DNA of 44,096 nucleotides from a virus (taxonomy: Duplodnaviria; Caudoviricetes), in IMG/VR virus record IMGVR_UViG_3300037461_000433, positions 1 to 44,096 of that record; one strand, 5' to 3'. The position numbers and the translations under genes were made by a program. Positions 1 through 12,729 of the stretch are shown here, one piece after another. How positions within the stretch are numbered: position 1 is the first letter of the stretch; each line of letters begins with the position of its first letter. The notes under the pieces are model-generated. The model did no database searches and had not been told where the DNA came from. It worked only from the letters and a program-made list of their open reading frames with translations.

Positions 1-326
<326 letters not shown>

Positions 327-344
327 CCATATACCTCGAAGTTA

Positions 345-755
345 TTAAGCCGCCTGGATTATTGACATACGCGCGCGGGATATAACCGTGCTCGCCGCAT
401 TGGATCCCTGCCCGGTAAGTTTTAGCCGGACAAAGCCCGTCGCCGCGGGGGCGTAGGCTTTTATATGGTTGTTGGCGTTGACTACATTCGCATCAAAAAC
501 CGCCGCATCTTCTGGGACAACATAGTCTCCATCTGCGGATCCTTCCGTAGCTGGTTTTACGTTGGCCTGTTCAAGCTCTACCTTTACATCTATCGCCCCA
601 CTGGAAGCGAGTTTGTATTCAAAAGCATACGACGCGCCTTTTTCAGTAGGGTAAGAATACAGGTAAACAACTCCGGTACTCGCTACCGCTTTTGTCGTAA
701 CCCCCTCTAAAGCTAAAAAATCTACTACCTGACAATTAGGATTTCCTAAGTTCAT
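345..755 (-). CDS. Putative virion structural protein (beta-rich)
   Basis: ORF track 345-782. The better start is ATG 755 (MNLGNP), preceded by AAGGAGG. Lies in the late operon. Confidence 0.6.
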   Translation of the reverse strand: MNLGNPNCQVVDFLALEGVTTKAVASTGVVYLYSYPTEKGASYAFEYKLASSGAIDVKVELEQANVKPATEGSADGDYVVPEDAAVFDANVVNANNHIKAYAPAATGFVRLKLTGQGSNAASTVISRARMSIIQAA

Positions 756-1632
756 TCTGCGCCTCCTTAATGGCCTGTTCACGCTTTTTAATATTTTCTT
801 CTTTAGCGCGAAGCGTTAAGCGCGCTAAGAAGATGTCGTTTTCCTGGTCCTGCATTTGTTTAGTGCGATTAGATATGTCTGCCTGTATCGCGAGAAGTTC
901 TTTTTCTTTAGTGACCAAGGCGCTCTTATCCAACTGTATCTCCGCCAATTTATCGGACCACTCTCTAAGACGGTCAGCTTCAACCCCTTGCTTACGGGCA
1001 GTTTCAGCTTGAGACAACTCTGTTACGGATATTTGCGCGTTACGCGCGTTAAGAGCCGTCTCTTTTTGCTTGACCGCATCTTCTCTCACCATGACAGCAT
1101 TTAAGCGTTCAGTTAATCTGTCGTCGGCGTGTTTACAATTAACCTCGATTTTCTTTTCTAATTCTTTGAGTTCTTCTGTACGCTTGTCCAATGCTAAAGT
1201 TCGGGCAGTGTTTTCAACCTTAATCTTCTTATTTTCTACCACCCCTTTTTCCCACTCTTCGCGTTTTGTTTGATAAATGCCCGTCTTTGAATGAAACGCG
1301 ATATTGAGATTTTCTAGGTCTTTCGTTTTCTCAGCTATCGTTTCGTTGAGATCGGCTAACTCGGATGCCGCCAAATCCAGTTTGGCGTTCCGTTCGGCGT
1401 AAATATCCGACAGCTGCTTTTCAAGGGCTTCTAATCTTACCCTTGTCTCTTTACCAAAAGCAGCCCGAGCGTCCGCTATCTCTTTAGTGAGAGCTGCATA
1501 ATCCTTCTCTGCTAAAGATATGCGGTTCTGAAGGTCTTTTAGCACCGCCATCGTTGTTTCAGTCGGCGGTTCTTTCACCACCACGGTTCTTACTTCCGGC
1601 CGTCCATCAGCGTATCCGCCTGTCATTGACAT
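736..1632 (-). CDS. Long coiled-coil hypothetical protein
   Basis: 298 aa, E/K/L/A-rich heptad character. Confidence 0.65.
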   Translation of the reverse strand: MSMTGGYADGRPEVRTVVVKEPPTETTMAVLKDLQNRISLAEKDYAALTKEIADARAAFGKETRVRLEALEKQLSDIYAERNAKLDLAASELADLNETIAEKTKDLENLNIAFHSKTGIYQTKREEWEKGVVENKKIKVENTARTLALDKRTEELKELEKKIEVNCKHADDRLTERLNAVMVREDAVKQKETALNARNAQISVTELSQAETARKQGVEADRLREWSDKLAEIQLDKSALVTKEKELLAIQADISNRTKQMQDQENDIFLARLTLRAKEENIKKREQAIKEAQNELRKS

Positions 1633-1649
1633 GTTAGTGGCCTTTCTAC

Positions 1650-2825
<1,176 letters not shown>

Positions 2826-2863
2826 AACATTATCTCCTTATCTCCTTGTTATTACTGATAAAA

Positions 2864-2891
2864 AGTATACCACACATTACGGAAAAAGCAA
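2864..2891 (-). promoter_or_regulatory. Putative sigma70-type promoter TTGCTT-16-TATACT for the tail fibre block
   Basis: Read directly. The downstream TTTTATCAGTA is shared with the capsid promoter. Confidence 0.5.
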
Positions 2892-5800
2892 TTAGCCCGC
2901 CCCACCGCCGCCACTACCCGATTTCCCTTTTACAGCGTAGTTCGAGTAGTCGAGGAAGTATTTAAGCGCATCGGCGAACTCACCTTCAGTTATGGCCATT
3001 GCCCCTCTCATAACACTCCCTCCGTAACGTATCACTCCCGCCGGAGCCCCGGCAAATGGCGCGATAGTGTTTGACAACTCGCGTAGGGCATCCGCGAACG
3101 CTTCATATTCTATTCCGGAATCTATCATTTCACCCATTAACCGTATCGTATCCGTAGTATCTTTTATCCACGAACCTATTATTGTGTCGAGCCCGGCATC
3201 TCGCGATGACTCTCCCGCGGCTGAAGATATTACAAAGTCTACGAGATTTGTCAACGCGTCTCCGACTATAGCTATCGTCCCGTAGGGGCCTAAGATAGCG
3301 GCGCGAAGTTGTTTCTTATCTTCAAATCTAAACCCGTCTGCCAGAAATTGCCACAACATCGGCTGTATTATGTGATATATTGCGAGACGTTTTGCAAGTT
3401 CGGGGATACCTATACGCCTGGCGTTTATAAGCGCGTCCATCTCCGCCTCGAAGAATTGGTTAGGTGTTAAACGAAACGTCGTTAACAGTCGGACGATAGG
3501 GTTAGCGTCGAGAAAAACCGCAGGCATCTGTTCGAGGTCGGACGATTGCTGTGTTCTATTCGTAGCCCTTATGACTTCATCGAGCGCCCGTTCTGGCGAC
3601 ATCTTTTTTTGTTCTGTAAGATATTTATACTTCGCCCACCCACCGGCGTATATAGCCCCTCTATCCCCCGCCTTCATGAACCATAATAAAAATTCGTCCA
3701 CCTTCGGGTTTTGCTTCATGAAAAACGGATCGTCCTCGCGGGCCATGTCTTTAAGCATACGAAGGTCGCGGGTAAAGTTGTAGCCTCTACTTGTCATAAA
3801 GGGGTTATCCACCAACACCCTTATATCTCCGCTGGCGATAGCGCGGGGTAGATCCATAACCCCCTTTACAAAATCAACCGATGGCATCTCCGCGGCGTAT
3901 AGAAGAAAAGACGAAATCTGTTTTGGGAAACCCACTTTGGGGTTCGCGGCCAATACCCCTTTTACCCAATTTAAGCGCATCTTCTCTATCTTAGCCCACG
4001 TATTCCCCGCCACTTTTTGTATACTCCCGCGCACTAACGTATCGACAAGATACTCTACTCTCGACAACACGTTCTCGGAAGATGTCTGTACGATGAGATT
4101 TTTTACACGCGAATCACCGAAAATAGTTTTAAGTTCGGTCGCCGCTTTAGCCCACCCTATGAAATGGGTCATGTCCATTACATATTTGTCAAAGGCTAAT
4201 AGATCGTTGACGGGGAGTAATCCCGTGCCCTTTTTAGACAAGGGCTGTAGGGCTGATTTCGAATCAATAGACGGACGCATATTGGCTTCACCGAGCATAA
4301 CATCAATAATATGTTCACCAGAAATGTCAATAGTTGTAGAATAAAATGGGGTATAGAAGTCCCGATAAGGTAAGTTATACCCCTTTAACTGACGGAATAC
4401 ATTGTTTACGCGGGCGTATAACGCGTCGTATGTCTCGCGCTGGTACTTTATGAAAGCAAAATCTTGTTCGGTGAGGAACTCTTCTATCTCTTTAATGTGC
4501 TCCTCGGTGAAATAATTACCCCGCTCTAACCTTTGCCGACCTTCCGAACTCTGCCACTCCATCCATCTCTTTCGTGCTTCTAAACGGTTTAACGTGACCG
4601 CCTGTTCTTCCGTTCTTATTACGACAGTCGCGCCCTCTTCGTCAGTAGTTGTCTGCGTAGGCACTTCTATGCGTAGAGTTATAACGCTATCCGTATCGTC
4701 CTGTAACCTGCGCCGTACAGCATCGTCGTCTTTAAGGTTAAAAATCTCTTTCATCTTCGCCTGTATTTGAGTCATGTACTCTTGACGGATAGCTTCCGTA
4801 TAACGGGTAGCTTTCGTCGTATCGGTAATACGCTCTAACCGGCTCTTACCTAACTCTTGGCCCGTCGCACGCGCGAGTGTACGCATAAGTCCGGGAAATG
4901 TCCGCCACCCAGGAAGAAACCTATGTAAACCAAAAAACGATTGAGGCTTTACTTTTTGGTCAGGGGTCAGGACTTTTTCGCTTTTCTCTTTAAGCGCGGA
5001 CTTTAAGTCGAAGATAACATCATCAACCTTATCGGCGAGGTCTTTATTATACTTGGCGCGCTGTTGTTTGGCCTTGCCTACACCGTAGATATACGCCGAG
5101 GATATGTTGTCGTAGGCGGTAAGGAGTTGTTCTGTCGTAGGGAATACCGACTCTATCGTCAGTAAATCATTAGCCAAGAGGTCGAATACTAAGTCCCCTG
5201 TCGGCTCGAACCCCTCGATAGTCAGCGCGGGGTTAGCCTTCATCGCGCGTAATTTATCAAATACTGCTTGCGTATCCGGGTCTAATTTCACCCGGCGGTG
5301 CACTCCTTTACCTTTACCCTCGCTCTTTTCAAATATCTTGTTTATACCGGTGAGTATGGTCTTTTTTATATTTGCCTGTTCCATTTCAGCTATACGCATT
5401 TCGAGTTCAGGTAAACGCTTACGGAACTGACCTTCGGTCTGCGTAGACTTTATGGTGGCGAGAATACGGGTCTTTTGCTTATCCGTCAGGTAGTTCGCCT
5501 CAGTTGTCAACTTAGTGAGGTATGTCTGAAATGCCTTAATATCGTCCTTGGCAATAGCCCGCCCGGCGTTATACCCTTCCTTGAAACGCTGTATCTGTTT
5601 TTGCGCGTACATACGTCTTGCGCGGTTAAGCGTTCCCGCCTTTATCTTTACGGGCTTCGCGGGATCTATCTCAACGTCAGTTACTTCCCCCGCCATATCC
5701 CCCAGTAGATAACTATAGAGTTCTATCTGCTTTTCCTGAAGCTGTTCGCGGGTCGCTTTAAACTTGTTCACATCAGACTTCGCGGGTTGTTTCTGTGGTT

Positions 5801-7709
5801 CTGCTGGCTTTACAGTTTCTTTGGTAAGAACTTTTTCTCCTGTCAGTGCCAACTCTCCCGCGTATAGATCATCCAGTATATGCTGCTGTTTATCGGTAAG
5901 TTTCTCACCATCGAGGGCTTTTTGTAGTATTTTAAGAGTCTCTTCTCGCGTATACCCTTTATTCTGAAAATACTTAGGGTAACCGGATTTATTACCTGTC
6001 CAACCCGTAAAATATCCATCCTCATCTTTTATAGGGAACCGTTGAGGGGGTGTTGCCGAATCGATTTTATTGTAAATATCCATCAAAATGTCTTGCTTAG
6101 TCGATATGGCTTTTGCCCCGAAATTGAAATCTGTATCCACCTCCGCGTCAACCTTCCCCCCTTCTGTGGGGGACGGCGGTATAATCTCTTCCGCTTGTTT
6201 CGACAAGGACTTCTCGAGAGCTAATATCTCTGAAGCGAGGTTTTCTGCCCTTGCTTTTAACGCGAGATTGGCCATTTGGTCAACCTTTGGCTCGGGGGGA
6301 GTGGTAGCGTTAGGGGGTTCGCCGGGACGCTTAGTGGGAAGCCCCGCAGCGACCCTGGCCGCCTCTACCTGTTTGTCCACATACTCAAGTTCAGAGGGGG
6401 TAAAGCTACCCATGTCGGATAATATGTCAGTTACCTCAAGCGCCATACCGGAGATCCATTTATCCGCCACCGCTTTAGCGCGTTCTCTCGATAATCCGAA
6501 ATCCCTGGTTAATGTTTTCGTCACGTTCTTGTGAGTAGACATCGCTAACCCGCCTGCCGTAACACCGCCCATTACCGCGCCTATCCCGCCGGCGATAAGG
6601 GAGTCCAAGAGGACTTCAGTAAAGGTGTTTTCGTTGAACTCCTTAACCCCGAAAGCAGTTTCCAGAACACCTTGCATACCCTGTTGAGAGAACTCTTGGC
6701 TGAACTCTGTCAGAAGTCCTTTTCCTATAAACCTAAGTCTCCCGGCGCCCGCTTTTAAGAAATTACTCAAACCTACATACTCTAAACCACCTTCGGTTAA
6801 CCCGGAAGTGATACCTAAAGCTAAAGCCAATTCCCTTGTCTTTCCCGCGGCTCTCGCCCCCACATACTCCTCAGTGCCTTGAAACGCGCCGAATAGAACA
6901 GCGGGTATCTCCACCCCCATTGTCGTAGCTGCGCCGACCGCCGCGAAAATAGAAGTTGTTGCATCGGCGAACATCGTGGCCACGGGATTATTTTTCTCGC
7001 CCGCGACTATCTCGGGACGTATACTTTCGTACCTATCCTGCGCATTGTGATACCACGCCCACCCGACATTACGTATGTACCGACCTAAAGAGTCAACTTC
7101 TTTCGATAGCGGCAAATCCATCCCTAATTTCCGAGTAGGAAAAGCTCCACCTTCAGTTATCTCACCCATACGTTCTAATTCAGGGCCTGTCAACCCGTAT
7201 TTCTTAGCCTCTTCATCCCACACCTTAATGTCATCAGCGAGTTTAGCGTTTTCCATAGACGACATCAGTTCCGGGCCGTGTTCAGTTACGAAAGACGTCA
7301 ACATACGAGGTAACGTAGGGTTAAGAAACGCCGCGGTTTCAGACACGGCGCTTATGATAGGGCGTGTAAACTCAAAATCTTCAGGAGTTGTCAGGTTAGG
7401 ACGGATCCCGGTGCGTATGGTCTCACGTCTTTCACGTTCGGCGCGTATAGGGGATATTAACTTGTCTCCTAAGACCACAAGACCATTTTTAGCAACGAGT
7501 TTTTCGACCCCAAAAGTAAGGTTAGTCCCTATTCTGCCGAGATACTGTGTCACAGGGCTCGTTGTCTGTGACTTGTGATACTCTTCTTTGTCAATAGTGT
7601 CTACGGGGTGAAGAAGAGAAACCTCTTCCTCTGTCCGGTTGCCGAGAGTGTCAGGCTTTACCGAAGGTGTATTAGAAGCGACCTTAATATCGTCTAAACT
7701 CATAGCCAT
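2892..7709 (-). CDS. Large internal virion (ejection) protein
   Basis: 1605 aa, last of three ORFs after the tail tubular genes, as in podovirus gene order. Gly/Ala-rich hydrophobic segment near residues 250-390. No catalytic motif recognised. Confidence 0.7.
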   Translation of the reverse strand: MAMSLDDIKVASNTPSVKPDTLGNRTEEEVSLLHPVDTIDKEEYHKSQTTSPVTQYLGRIGTNLTFGVEKLVAKNGLVVLGDKLISPIRAERERRETIRTGIRPNLTTPEDFEFTRPIISAVSETAAFLNPTLPRMLTSFVTEHGPELMSSMENAKLADDIKVWDEEAKKYGLTGPELERMGEITEGGAFPTRKLGMDLPLSKEVDSLGRYIRNVGWAWYHNAQDRYESIRPEIVAGEKNNPVATMFADATTSIFAAVGAATTMGVEIPAVLFGAFQGTEEYVGARAAGKTRELALALGITSGLTEGGLEYVGLSNFLKAGAGRLRFIGKGLLTEFSQEFSQQGMQGVLETAFGVKEFNENTFTEVLLDSLIAGGIGAVMGGVTAGGLAMSTHKNVTKTLTRDFGLSRERAKAVADKWISGMALEVTDILSDMGSFTPSELEYVDKQVEAARVAAGLPTKRPGEPPNATTPPEPKVDQMANLALKARAENLASEILALEKSLSKQAEEIIPPSPTEGGKVDAEVDTDFNFGAKAISTKQDILMDIYNKIDSATPPQRFPIKDEDGYFTGWTGNKSGYPKYFQNKGYTREETLKILQKALDGEKLTDKQQHILDDLYAGELALTGEKVLTKETVKPAEPQKQPAKSDVNKFKATREQLQEKQIELYSYLLGDMAGEVTDVEIDPAKPVKIKAGTLNRARRMYAQKQIQRFKEGYNAGRAIAKDDIKAFQTYLTKLTTEANYLTDKQKTRILATIKSTQTEGQFRKRLPELEMRIAEMEQANIKKTILTGINKIFEKSEGKGKGVHRRVKLDPDTQAVFDKLRAMKANPALTIEGFEPTGDLVFDLLANDLLTIESVFPTTEQLLTAYDNISSAYIYGVGKAKQQRAKYNKDLADKVDDVIFDLKSALKEKSEKVLTPDQKVKPQSFFGLHRFLPGWRTFPGLMRTLARATGQELGKSRLERITDTTKATRYTEAIRQEYMTQIQAKMKEIFNLKDDDAVRRRLQDDTDSVITLRIEVPTQTTTDEEGATVVIRTEEQAVTLNRLEARKRWMEWQSSEGRQRLERGNYFTEEHIKEIEEFLTEQDFAFIKYQRETYDALYARVNNVFRQLKGYNLPYRDFYTPFYSTTIDISGEHIIDVMLGEANMRPSIDSKSALQPLSKKGTGLLPVNDLLAFDKYVMDMTHFIGWAKAATELKTIFGDSRVKNLIVQTSSENVLSRVEYLVDTLVRGSIQKVAGNTWAKIEKMRLNWVKGVLAANPKVGFPKQISSFLLYAAEMPSVDFVKGVMDLPRAIASGDIRVLVDNPFMTSRGYNFTRDLRMLKDMAREDDPFFMKQNPKVDEFLLWFMKAGDRGAIYAGGWAKYKYLTEQKKMSPERALDEVIRATNRTQQSSDLEQMPAVFLDANPIVRLLTTFRLTPNQFFEAEMDALINARRIGIPELAKRLAIYHIIQPMLWQFLADGFRFEDKKQLRAAILGPYGTIAIVGDALTNLVDFVISSAAGESSRDAGLDTIIGSWIKDTTDTIRLMGEMIDSGIEYEAFADALRELSNTIAPFAGAPAGVIRYGGSVMRGAMAITEGEFADALKYFLDYSNYAVKGKSGSGGGGAG

Positions 7710-7710
7710 T

Positions 7711-9312
7711 TTATTTCATAGCCCTTAATTTATCTTCAAGTTCTTTTGGTAAATCGAGTAGCGGCGATCCCATTTCGTCGTAACCAATACACTTGAACGC
7801 CCCATACGAGGTAGGCACTTCGACGCCTATCTGGTACTCTTGCGCGCCGGGGTTTAACTCCGCTTGGGTCATAAGAAAAGCCTTATCTATCATTTTCGCA
7901 TAATCAGCGGATATGAAAGCCGACATACCCTTCGCTTCAGACGCGACTACCTGTTCTACAAAATTACGAAACGTAGTGGCTTTGGCAGACATCTCTTGGG
8001 TCTTGTTCAGTTTCATACCCTGTACCCGTTTCACTATCTGTCCGTATTGAGAGTGAAGAGGATCCGCGCCTATCCCTAATATTGAAAACCCCGTCTGTTT
8101 GGCCGCGCCGGCATAAACATGAGGGGTCAATTTACGGGTTATTAAACTTTTCGATGCAGGGGTTATCCACCCTTCAGCGCTCGCTTCTTCAATTTCTGTC
8201 TGTAATTTAAGAAGGTCAGTTATAATACGCTCTGGTTTTACCCCTTTATCGAGTCTCGTCTCTAACGCCGCCCATTTAGAGTTGATACTATCAAGAACGG
8301 TCACATCATCTACCGCGGAGGCCGCCTTCTTCGACATCGCTGATTTTCTAAGGGCTGAGATATACTCTTTTGCCTCAAGAGACGATTTAGGGTCGTTAGC
8401 GATAGCCCGTTCAGTTGCCAATACTTCCTTTATCCCTACTTCGCCTTTCGAATATTTTTCTGCAAGGACGTTGAGCGATCCCGCGTCCTCGAAAGTTTTA
8501 TTGAGGTTCTTTCGAGCTTCGGCCGTAGCCTCGGCGTTCTTTGCGGCAGTCAGATATTTCTGTTTTTCGGTAGCAGTTATGGGTAAAAGGACTGAACCCC
8601 CATCATCAGTAGGTATCATGAATCCGTCATACACCCCACGTTCTAACTCTAACCCGAACTTATAGGGGTTTTCCTGTATCATGTTCGCCGCGTACGCCGC
8701 GAAAGCGTTAGCCGCCCCGTCTTTAAACTTCTCGTTTTTCACTTTGCTGTCGATAAGCGCGCCGGGAAGGGTATGCACGGTAGAATATAACGACGAAAGG
8801 TTAAGGCGAAGAGATTCAGGATCCGTCTGCTCTCCGGATATGAGTTCTATCTGCCTTACGGAGTCATCAACAGCAATGAGCGCATTTTCCTCTTGTTTCT
8901 GGAAAGACCAAGCCACGGCGTTCGCCGGCATCTGCTTTTGTATCGTCGTAGACGCCGCTAAAAAGCCATCTCTTACGCGAGCGTTAGGTATATCTTTCGC
9001 GAGGGCGTCGGCTTTTTTCTTAGCCACTTCCAATAGTTTTTCGGGATATTGCTCGGGGGTGTCGCTATGGAATTTACGGAGTTCTCTGGCTTCCTTCTCA
9101 ATATCTAACGAGTATCCTATCAGTTTATTATTTACCTGTTGTTCGATAAGAAGATCTTCTCTCTCTTTAAGCCGCCCTAAAGAGCTACGTAAGGTAGGTT
9201 CGATAGATTCGCGAACTGCCTGGGTAGCTAAAGCACCACTATCGTCTTTTTGCGCGGCGCCGACATAGGTCGAGGCTAATTGTTTTCTTTGGTATTCCGG
9301 TATAGAGCCCAT
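7711..9312 (-). CDS. Internal virion (ejection) protein
   Basis: Helical protein of about 533 aa. Likely start ATG 9312 (TAATG overlap with upstream stop). Supported by synteny. Confidence 0.65.
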   Translation of the reverse strand: MGSIPEYQRKQLASTYVGAAQKDDSGALATQAVRESIEPTLRSSLGRLKEREDLLIEQQVNNKLIGYSLDIEKEARELRKFHSDTPEQYPEKLLEVAKKKADALAKDIPNARVRDGFLAASTTIQKQMPANAVAWSFQKQEENALIAVDDSVRQIELISGEQTDPESLRLNLSSLYSTVHTLPGALIDSKVKNEKFKDGAANAFAAYAANMIQENPYKFGLELERGVYDGFMIPTDDGGSVLLPITATEKQKYLTAAKNAEATAEARKNLNKTFEDAGSLNVLAEKYSKGEVGIKEVLATERAIANDPKSSLEAKEYISALRKSAMSKKAASAVDDVTVLDSINSKWAALETRLDKGVKPERIITDLLKLQTEIEEASAEGWITPASKSLITRKLTPHVYAGAAKQTGFSILGIGADPLHSQYGQIVKRVQGMKLNKTQEMSAKATTFRNFVEQVVASEAKGMSAFISADYAKMIDKAFLMTQAELNPGAQEYQIGVEVPTSYGAFKCIGYDEMGSPLLDLPKELEDKLRAMK

Positions 9313-9749
9313 TATTCTATCCACCCTTTCGCGTCGGCATAGGATAAACCTGTTTTAGCCGCGTCTGCAAAGCCGCCGATAAGCGCGGCGCGCCCTTGCC
9401 CTTCTTGTATAGACGCTGTACGGTTACCATACTCTTTAAGTGCAGTACCACGGGCGCGCGTGGCGTCGGCTTCAGCTTTAGCCCATCTTTTTGTCTGCGC
9501 GAGAGTCACGACCGCCGAGCCGCCTATCTCAACTCCGCTGCCTATGTACATCATCTTTTGTTTCTGCGCGAAACGATTTCCGTCCTCTTCTATCCTAACG
9601 GCTTCGCGGTTAGCTTCAGCCTGTTGGATGTCAGAATACGATCTCGTCAATTCAGCCTGGGCGCGCGAGGAGTTTGCCTGTTGAACCCCTTGGTATATAC
9701 TCATCCCCATCCCGGCAACGGTCAGTCCTAACGCTATTTCAGCTCCCAT
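9312..9749 (-). CDS. Small internal virion protein (T7 gp14-like position)
   Basis: Hydrophobic Gly/Ala N-terminus, Q/A-rich helix, GSGVEIGGS motif typical of this class. Confidence 0.7.
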   Translation of the reverse strand: MGAEIALGLTVAGMGMSIYQGVQQANSSRAQAELTRSYSDIQQAEANREAVRIEEDGNRFAQKQKMMYIGSGVEIGGSAVVTLAQTKRWAKAEADATRARGTALKEYGNRTASIQEGQGRAALIGGFADAAKTGLSYADAKGWIE

Positions 9750-10188
9750 AGTTAAATCTCCTCGCCCAAATGTTGAAATCTTCTTTGAAACGGCTGTACT
9801 GTTTTAAGGTGCCTTCTAAAGTAAAACCCATAAACTCCATCCACGCGTTATGGAAATCGTCCGCGGGGGAGTGCGTCTGTAAACGGTGTATTTTAAATTT
9901 TTCAGCGTAAGTGTTCATCATCTGCCGAAATATTTTCACATACTCTAACTTATGTTTTTCTACGTATATAGATGGTATCTGCCAAACCTCGTAAACGCCT
10001 TCCCAAAGTGGTACAAGCCCTAAACACGTTATTATCTGCCCGTCTATCATAAGGGTGGAAGAAAACTCCATAGACGCATAATACTCGAGCATCTGTTGAG
10101 GAAGATAAGGGTACACTTTCTCGAACTCGTAAGGGCGCATATCCATTACTTTCAAATGCTCAGGATGAAAGGGTATTTTTTTTACCAT
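9739..10188 (-). CDS. GNAT-fold/T7 gp13-like assembly protein
   Basis: LWEGVYEVW...HRLQT...WMEFMGFTLEGTLKQY. Likely start ATG 10188. Follows tail tubular B. Confidence 0.7.
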   Translation of the reverse strand: MVKKIPFHPEHLKVMDMRPYEFEKVYPYLPQQMLEYYASMEFSSTLMIDGQIITCLGLVPLWEGVYEVWQIPSIYVEKHKLEYVKIFRQMMNTYAEKFKIHRLQTHSPADDFHNAWMEFMGFTLEGTLKQYSRFKEDFNIWARRFNYGS

Positions 10189-12728
10189 TATTCCTCGGTC
10201 ACGTTTACGTACGGTATTATTGCCTGTATAGTACAAGGTAACGGCTCAGATTGAACAACGTGTATAAACTTCTGTTCATCGTACCCATCCTTTAACAGTA
10301 CCGATTCAGCACCTGTAAAAAGTGGCGGCGGATTGCCCGTTCGATCGTTCGTCGTACGGAATACCACTTGTTCTAAACGATACTCATTTGTACCGTAACG
10401 AACGCCGAGTGTATCTCTTAGAAGTAGCCCCACCTTATCTACGATAGAAGTCCTCGTCATAGGATTACCAACGGCGGTCGTAGGATTCAAAGGCATTGTT
10501 TTAAGCCAACCGAGATACCCAAGCCCTACGTGAACCACCGTCGCCGAATAGTCAAGGGTTATAGACCCGTCGACTACCGTTTTTTGAGGGTGTACTGACC
10601 CATCTGTAACTACCGTAACCGTTTCCCCTTCCAGATGTTCAAGGTGATTTACTTCAGTTACCGTCAAATACCACCCGTCTGCCGGCACCGTAACAGATTC
10701 AAAATCCTCAAGTATAGTGCATACAACCTGGGTAGCCGAGGTAAATGCAGTTATTTCCGCCACCCCTGACTCAAACCCAGTAGTGTATTTACGCACTATA
10801 CGACGGCCTACGTCCGAGGCTGAGAAAAGATTACCCGCCGCAGTAAACGTAATGCCCGTTCCCGTTATAGCGCCAAGCGCCAATCCAAGTGATTGCGTGG
10901 TATCAAGGGTTAGTGATGAATCTACTCTTACAAATTGTTTCATCACTTCGCCCTGTACTTTTATAAAAGCGTCATAGTCTGAAGTTTCATTCCCCGTATA
11001 GAAATCATCGGAAGAAGGAAGCACTGGGTCGTCACCAAAATATTCCATATACCGCCGAGTCACACCTTCTATCTCACGCTCCACGACGAGCCAAAGCCTA
11101 TCAGAATTGTCAGAACGAGGTTCACCACAAGCGCTTAACACTTTAACCGCGGTACCACCGAGATAATGTGTGTGCCAGGCGGCTATCTTTTCCTGCTCTT
11201 TTGTGGATAGCCCTAAAAGAACGCCATCGTTTCGCACCGCCCATAGAATATTTAATCGCCCCTGTTGCAAAGCTAATTGTTTTATGCCTGTAACAGTTAT
11301 CTCGTCAGAGAGGACATTCAGATCTTCCGAACTATATGTATCCTCTAAAAGACTATATGCGAAACGGTTAACGATAAGCCCACCACGTTGAACGTAGAAT
11401 ATACTCGTACCTATACGCGCAGGGGCTATATCCTGTACCCCATAAAAATCGACAGGGGATACCGATATGTCGACTCCGGTGATGGGTTCAGTTTCAGATG
11501 CACCAAACGCTTTATATATCGCACCATATGTACCTATCGACAAGAATTTATTAGTCCCTGCGAACCAAGATATTTTATCAGCCGTGTTATTCTGCGAAGC
11601 TATCGGGAATATAACAGCGTCGTCGGCGTCTGAGCCAAGAGTATAGTCGTCAAAACGGGAAATGCCGGTATCGTCGGGGGCTCGACTACCGAATAGGGTT
11701 TCGGGGTCACTATTAGGACCCCCGTAAAATAAACGCCCGCCATAAAAAGCGACAGCACCGGGCATGTTCCCTTGCAGGAAGAGGTACCCACCGGAAGAGT
11801 AGGCTGTGTACCCGGTGCTGTTTATGTCAACAAGCGTATCAGGGTCTTTTAGGGAAAAAGTATTAGCCGTTAATTTTACTATAGAATAGGTGTTCCCATT
11901 TACCTGGGTCATGCCCACCACGCCGTATATCTCTATTATGTCGCCGGTTGACAACCCGTGGTCGGTAGAATTGACTACACAAGGGTTAGCTTGGGTTATG
12001 CCTGGCGTAGTAACTGACAACACAAATGGATCGGCTGTCCGAGTAAACGTCGATATAGTCCAACTCGTTTCCCCCGCTCTTATCAATTTACGCGGTTCGA
12101 AATCCGGATGAACGATGTACATTAAATCCGCTTTTTGAGCGTATTTAAGTTTGTCTAAATCCGCCGTGGCGTAAGGGGAAGTTACCTCATACACGCGTTC
12201 GATCGAACCGCCCGATGTAAAAGTAGTGAACCCGGAAGTATTTATGGCGTTACCATCGAGGTCTTTCAGAGAAAATTTATTGGCATCGACATAAACTACT
12301 AAATAGAATTTCTCGTTAAGTTCAACCATCCCACCGACATCACTTATAAAAATTTGGTCGCCGGTAGCGTATCCATGTGTAGTAACGGTGATTACACCAG
12401 GGTTAGCTTTAGTAATAACAGTAGGAGTTTTCGCATCCTCGGTTACAACACCGCCGTCTGAAAAAATACGGAACTTCCCATTGGAAAACGCGAGCGCGTA
12501 GGCTTGAGCGTCATTAAACACAAAGGGAATAAGATTAGTAACCCCGTTCAAACGGGTAGGCATTACGTATCGTGAACCGCCCCGATAAGATAAAGGCCCC
12601 TGTATCTCAGCAAGGAAATTGCGAAGTATAGACATACCCATCGGGTACGATGATAGGTCTATCCTTCCAAAAAGTTTTTTTGTTAGTAGACCGCCTGCGA
12701 AATTTATCAGCGGTGCGGTTCTTTGCAT
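10188..12728 (-). CDS. Tail tubular protein B (nozzle)
   Basis: NFAGGLL...GRID, AQKADLMYIVHP, AVAFYGGRLF, WAVRNDG, AWHTH, LEHLEGETV motifs. Two inserted ITxANP repeat domains. Likely start ATG 12728. Confidence 0.85.
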   Translation of the reverse strand: MQRTAPLINFAGGLLTKKLFGRIDLSSYPMGMSILRNFLAEIQGPLSYRGGSRYVMPTRLNGVTNLIPFVFNDAQAYALAFSNGKFRIFSDGGVVTEDAKTPTVITKANPGVITVTTHGYATGDQIFISDVGGMVELNEKFYLVVYVDANKFSLKDLDGNAINTSGFTTFTSGGSIERVYEVTSPYATADLDKLKYAQKADLMYIVHPDFEPRKLIRAGETSWTISTFTRTADPFVLSVTTPGITQANPCVVNSTDHGLSTGDIIEIYGVVGMTQVNGNTYSIVKLTANTFSLKDPDTLVDINSTGYTAYSSGGYLFLQGNMPGAVAFYGGRLFYGGPNSDPETLFGSRAPDDTGISRFDDYTLGSDADDAVIFPIASQNNTADKISWFAGTNKFLSIGTYGAIYKAFGASETEPITGVDISVSPVDFYGVQDIAPARIGTSIFYVQRGGLIVNRFAYSLLEDTYSSEDLNVLSDEITVTGIKQLALQQGRLNILWAVRNDGVLLGLSTKEQEKIAAWHTHYLGGTAVKVLSACGEPRSDNSDRLWLVVEREIEGVTRRYMEYFGDDPVLPSSDDFYTGNETSDYDAFIKVQGEVMKQFVRVDSSLTLDTTQSLGLALGAITGTGITFTAAGNLFSASDVGRRIVRKYTTGFESGVAEITAFTSATQVVCTILEDFESVTVPADGWYLTVTEVNHLEHLEGETVTVVTDGSVHPQKTVVDGSITLDYSATVVHVGLGYLGWLKTMPLNPTTAVGNPMTRTSIVDKVGLLLRDTLGVRYGTNEYRLEQVVFRTTNDRTGNPPPLFTGAESVLLKDGYDEQKFIHVVQSEPLPCTIQAIIPYVNVTEE

Positions 12729-12729
12729 A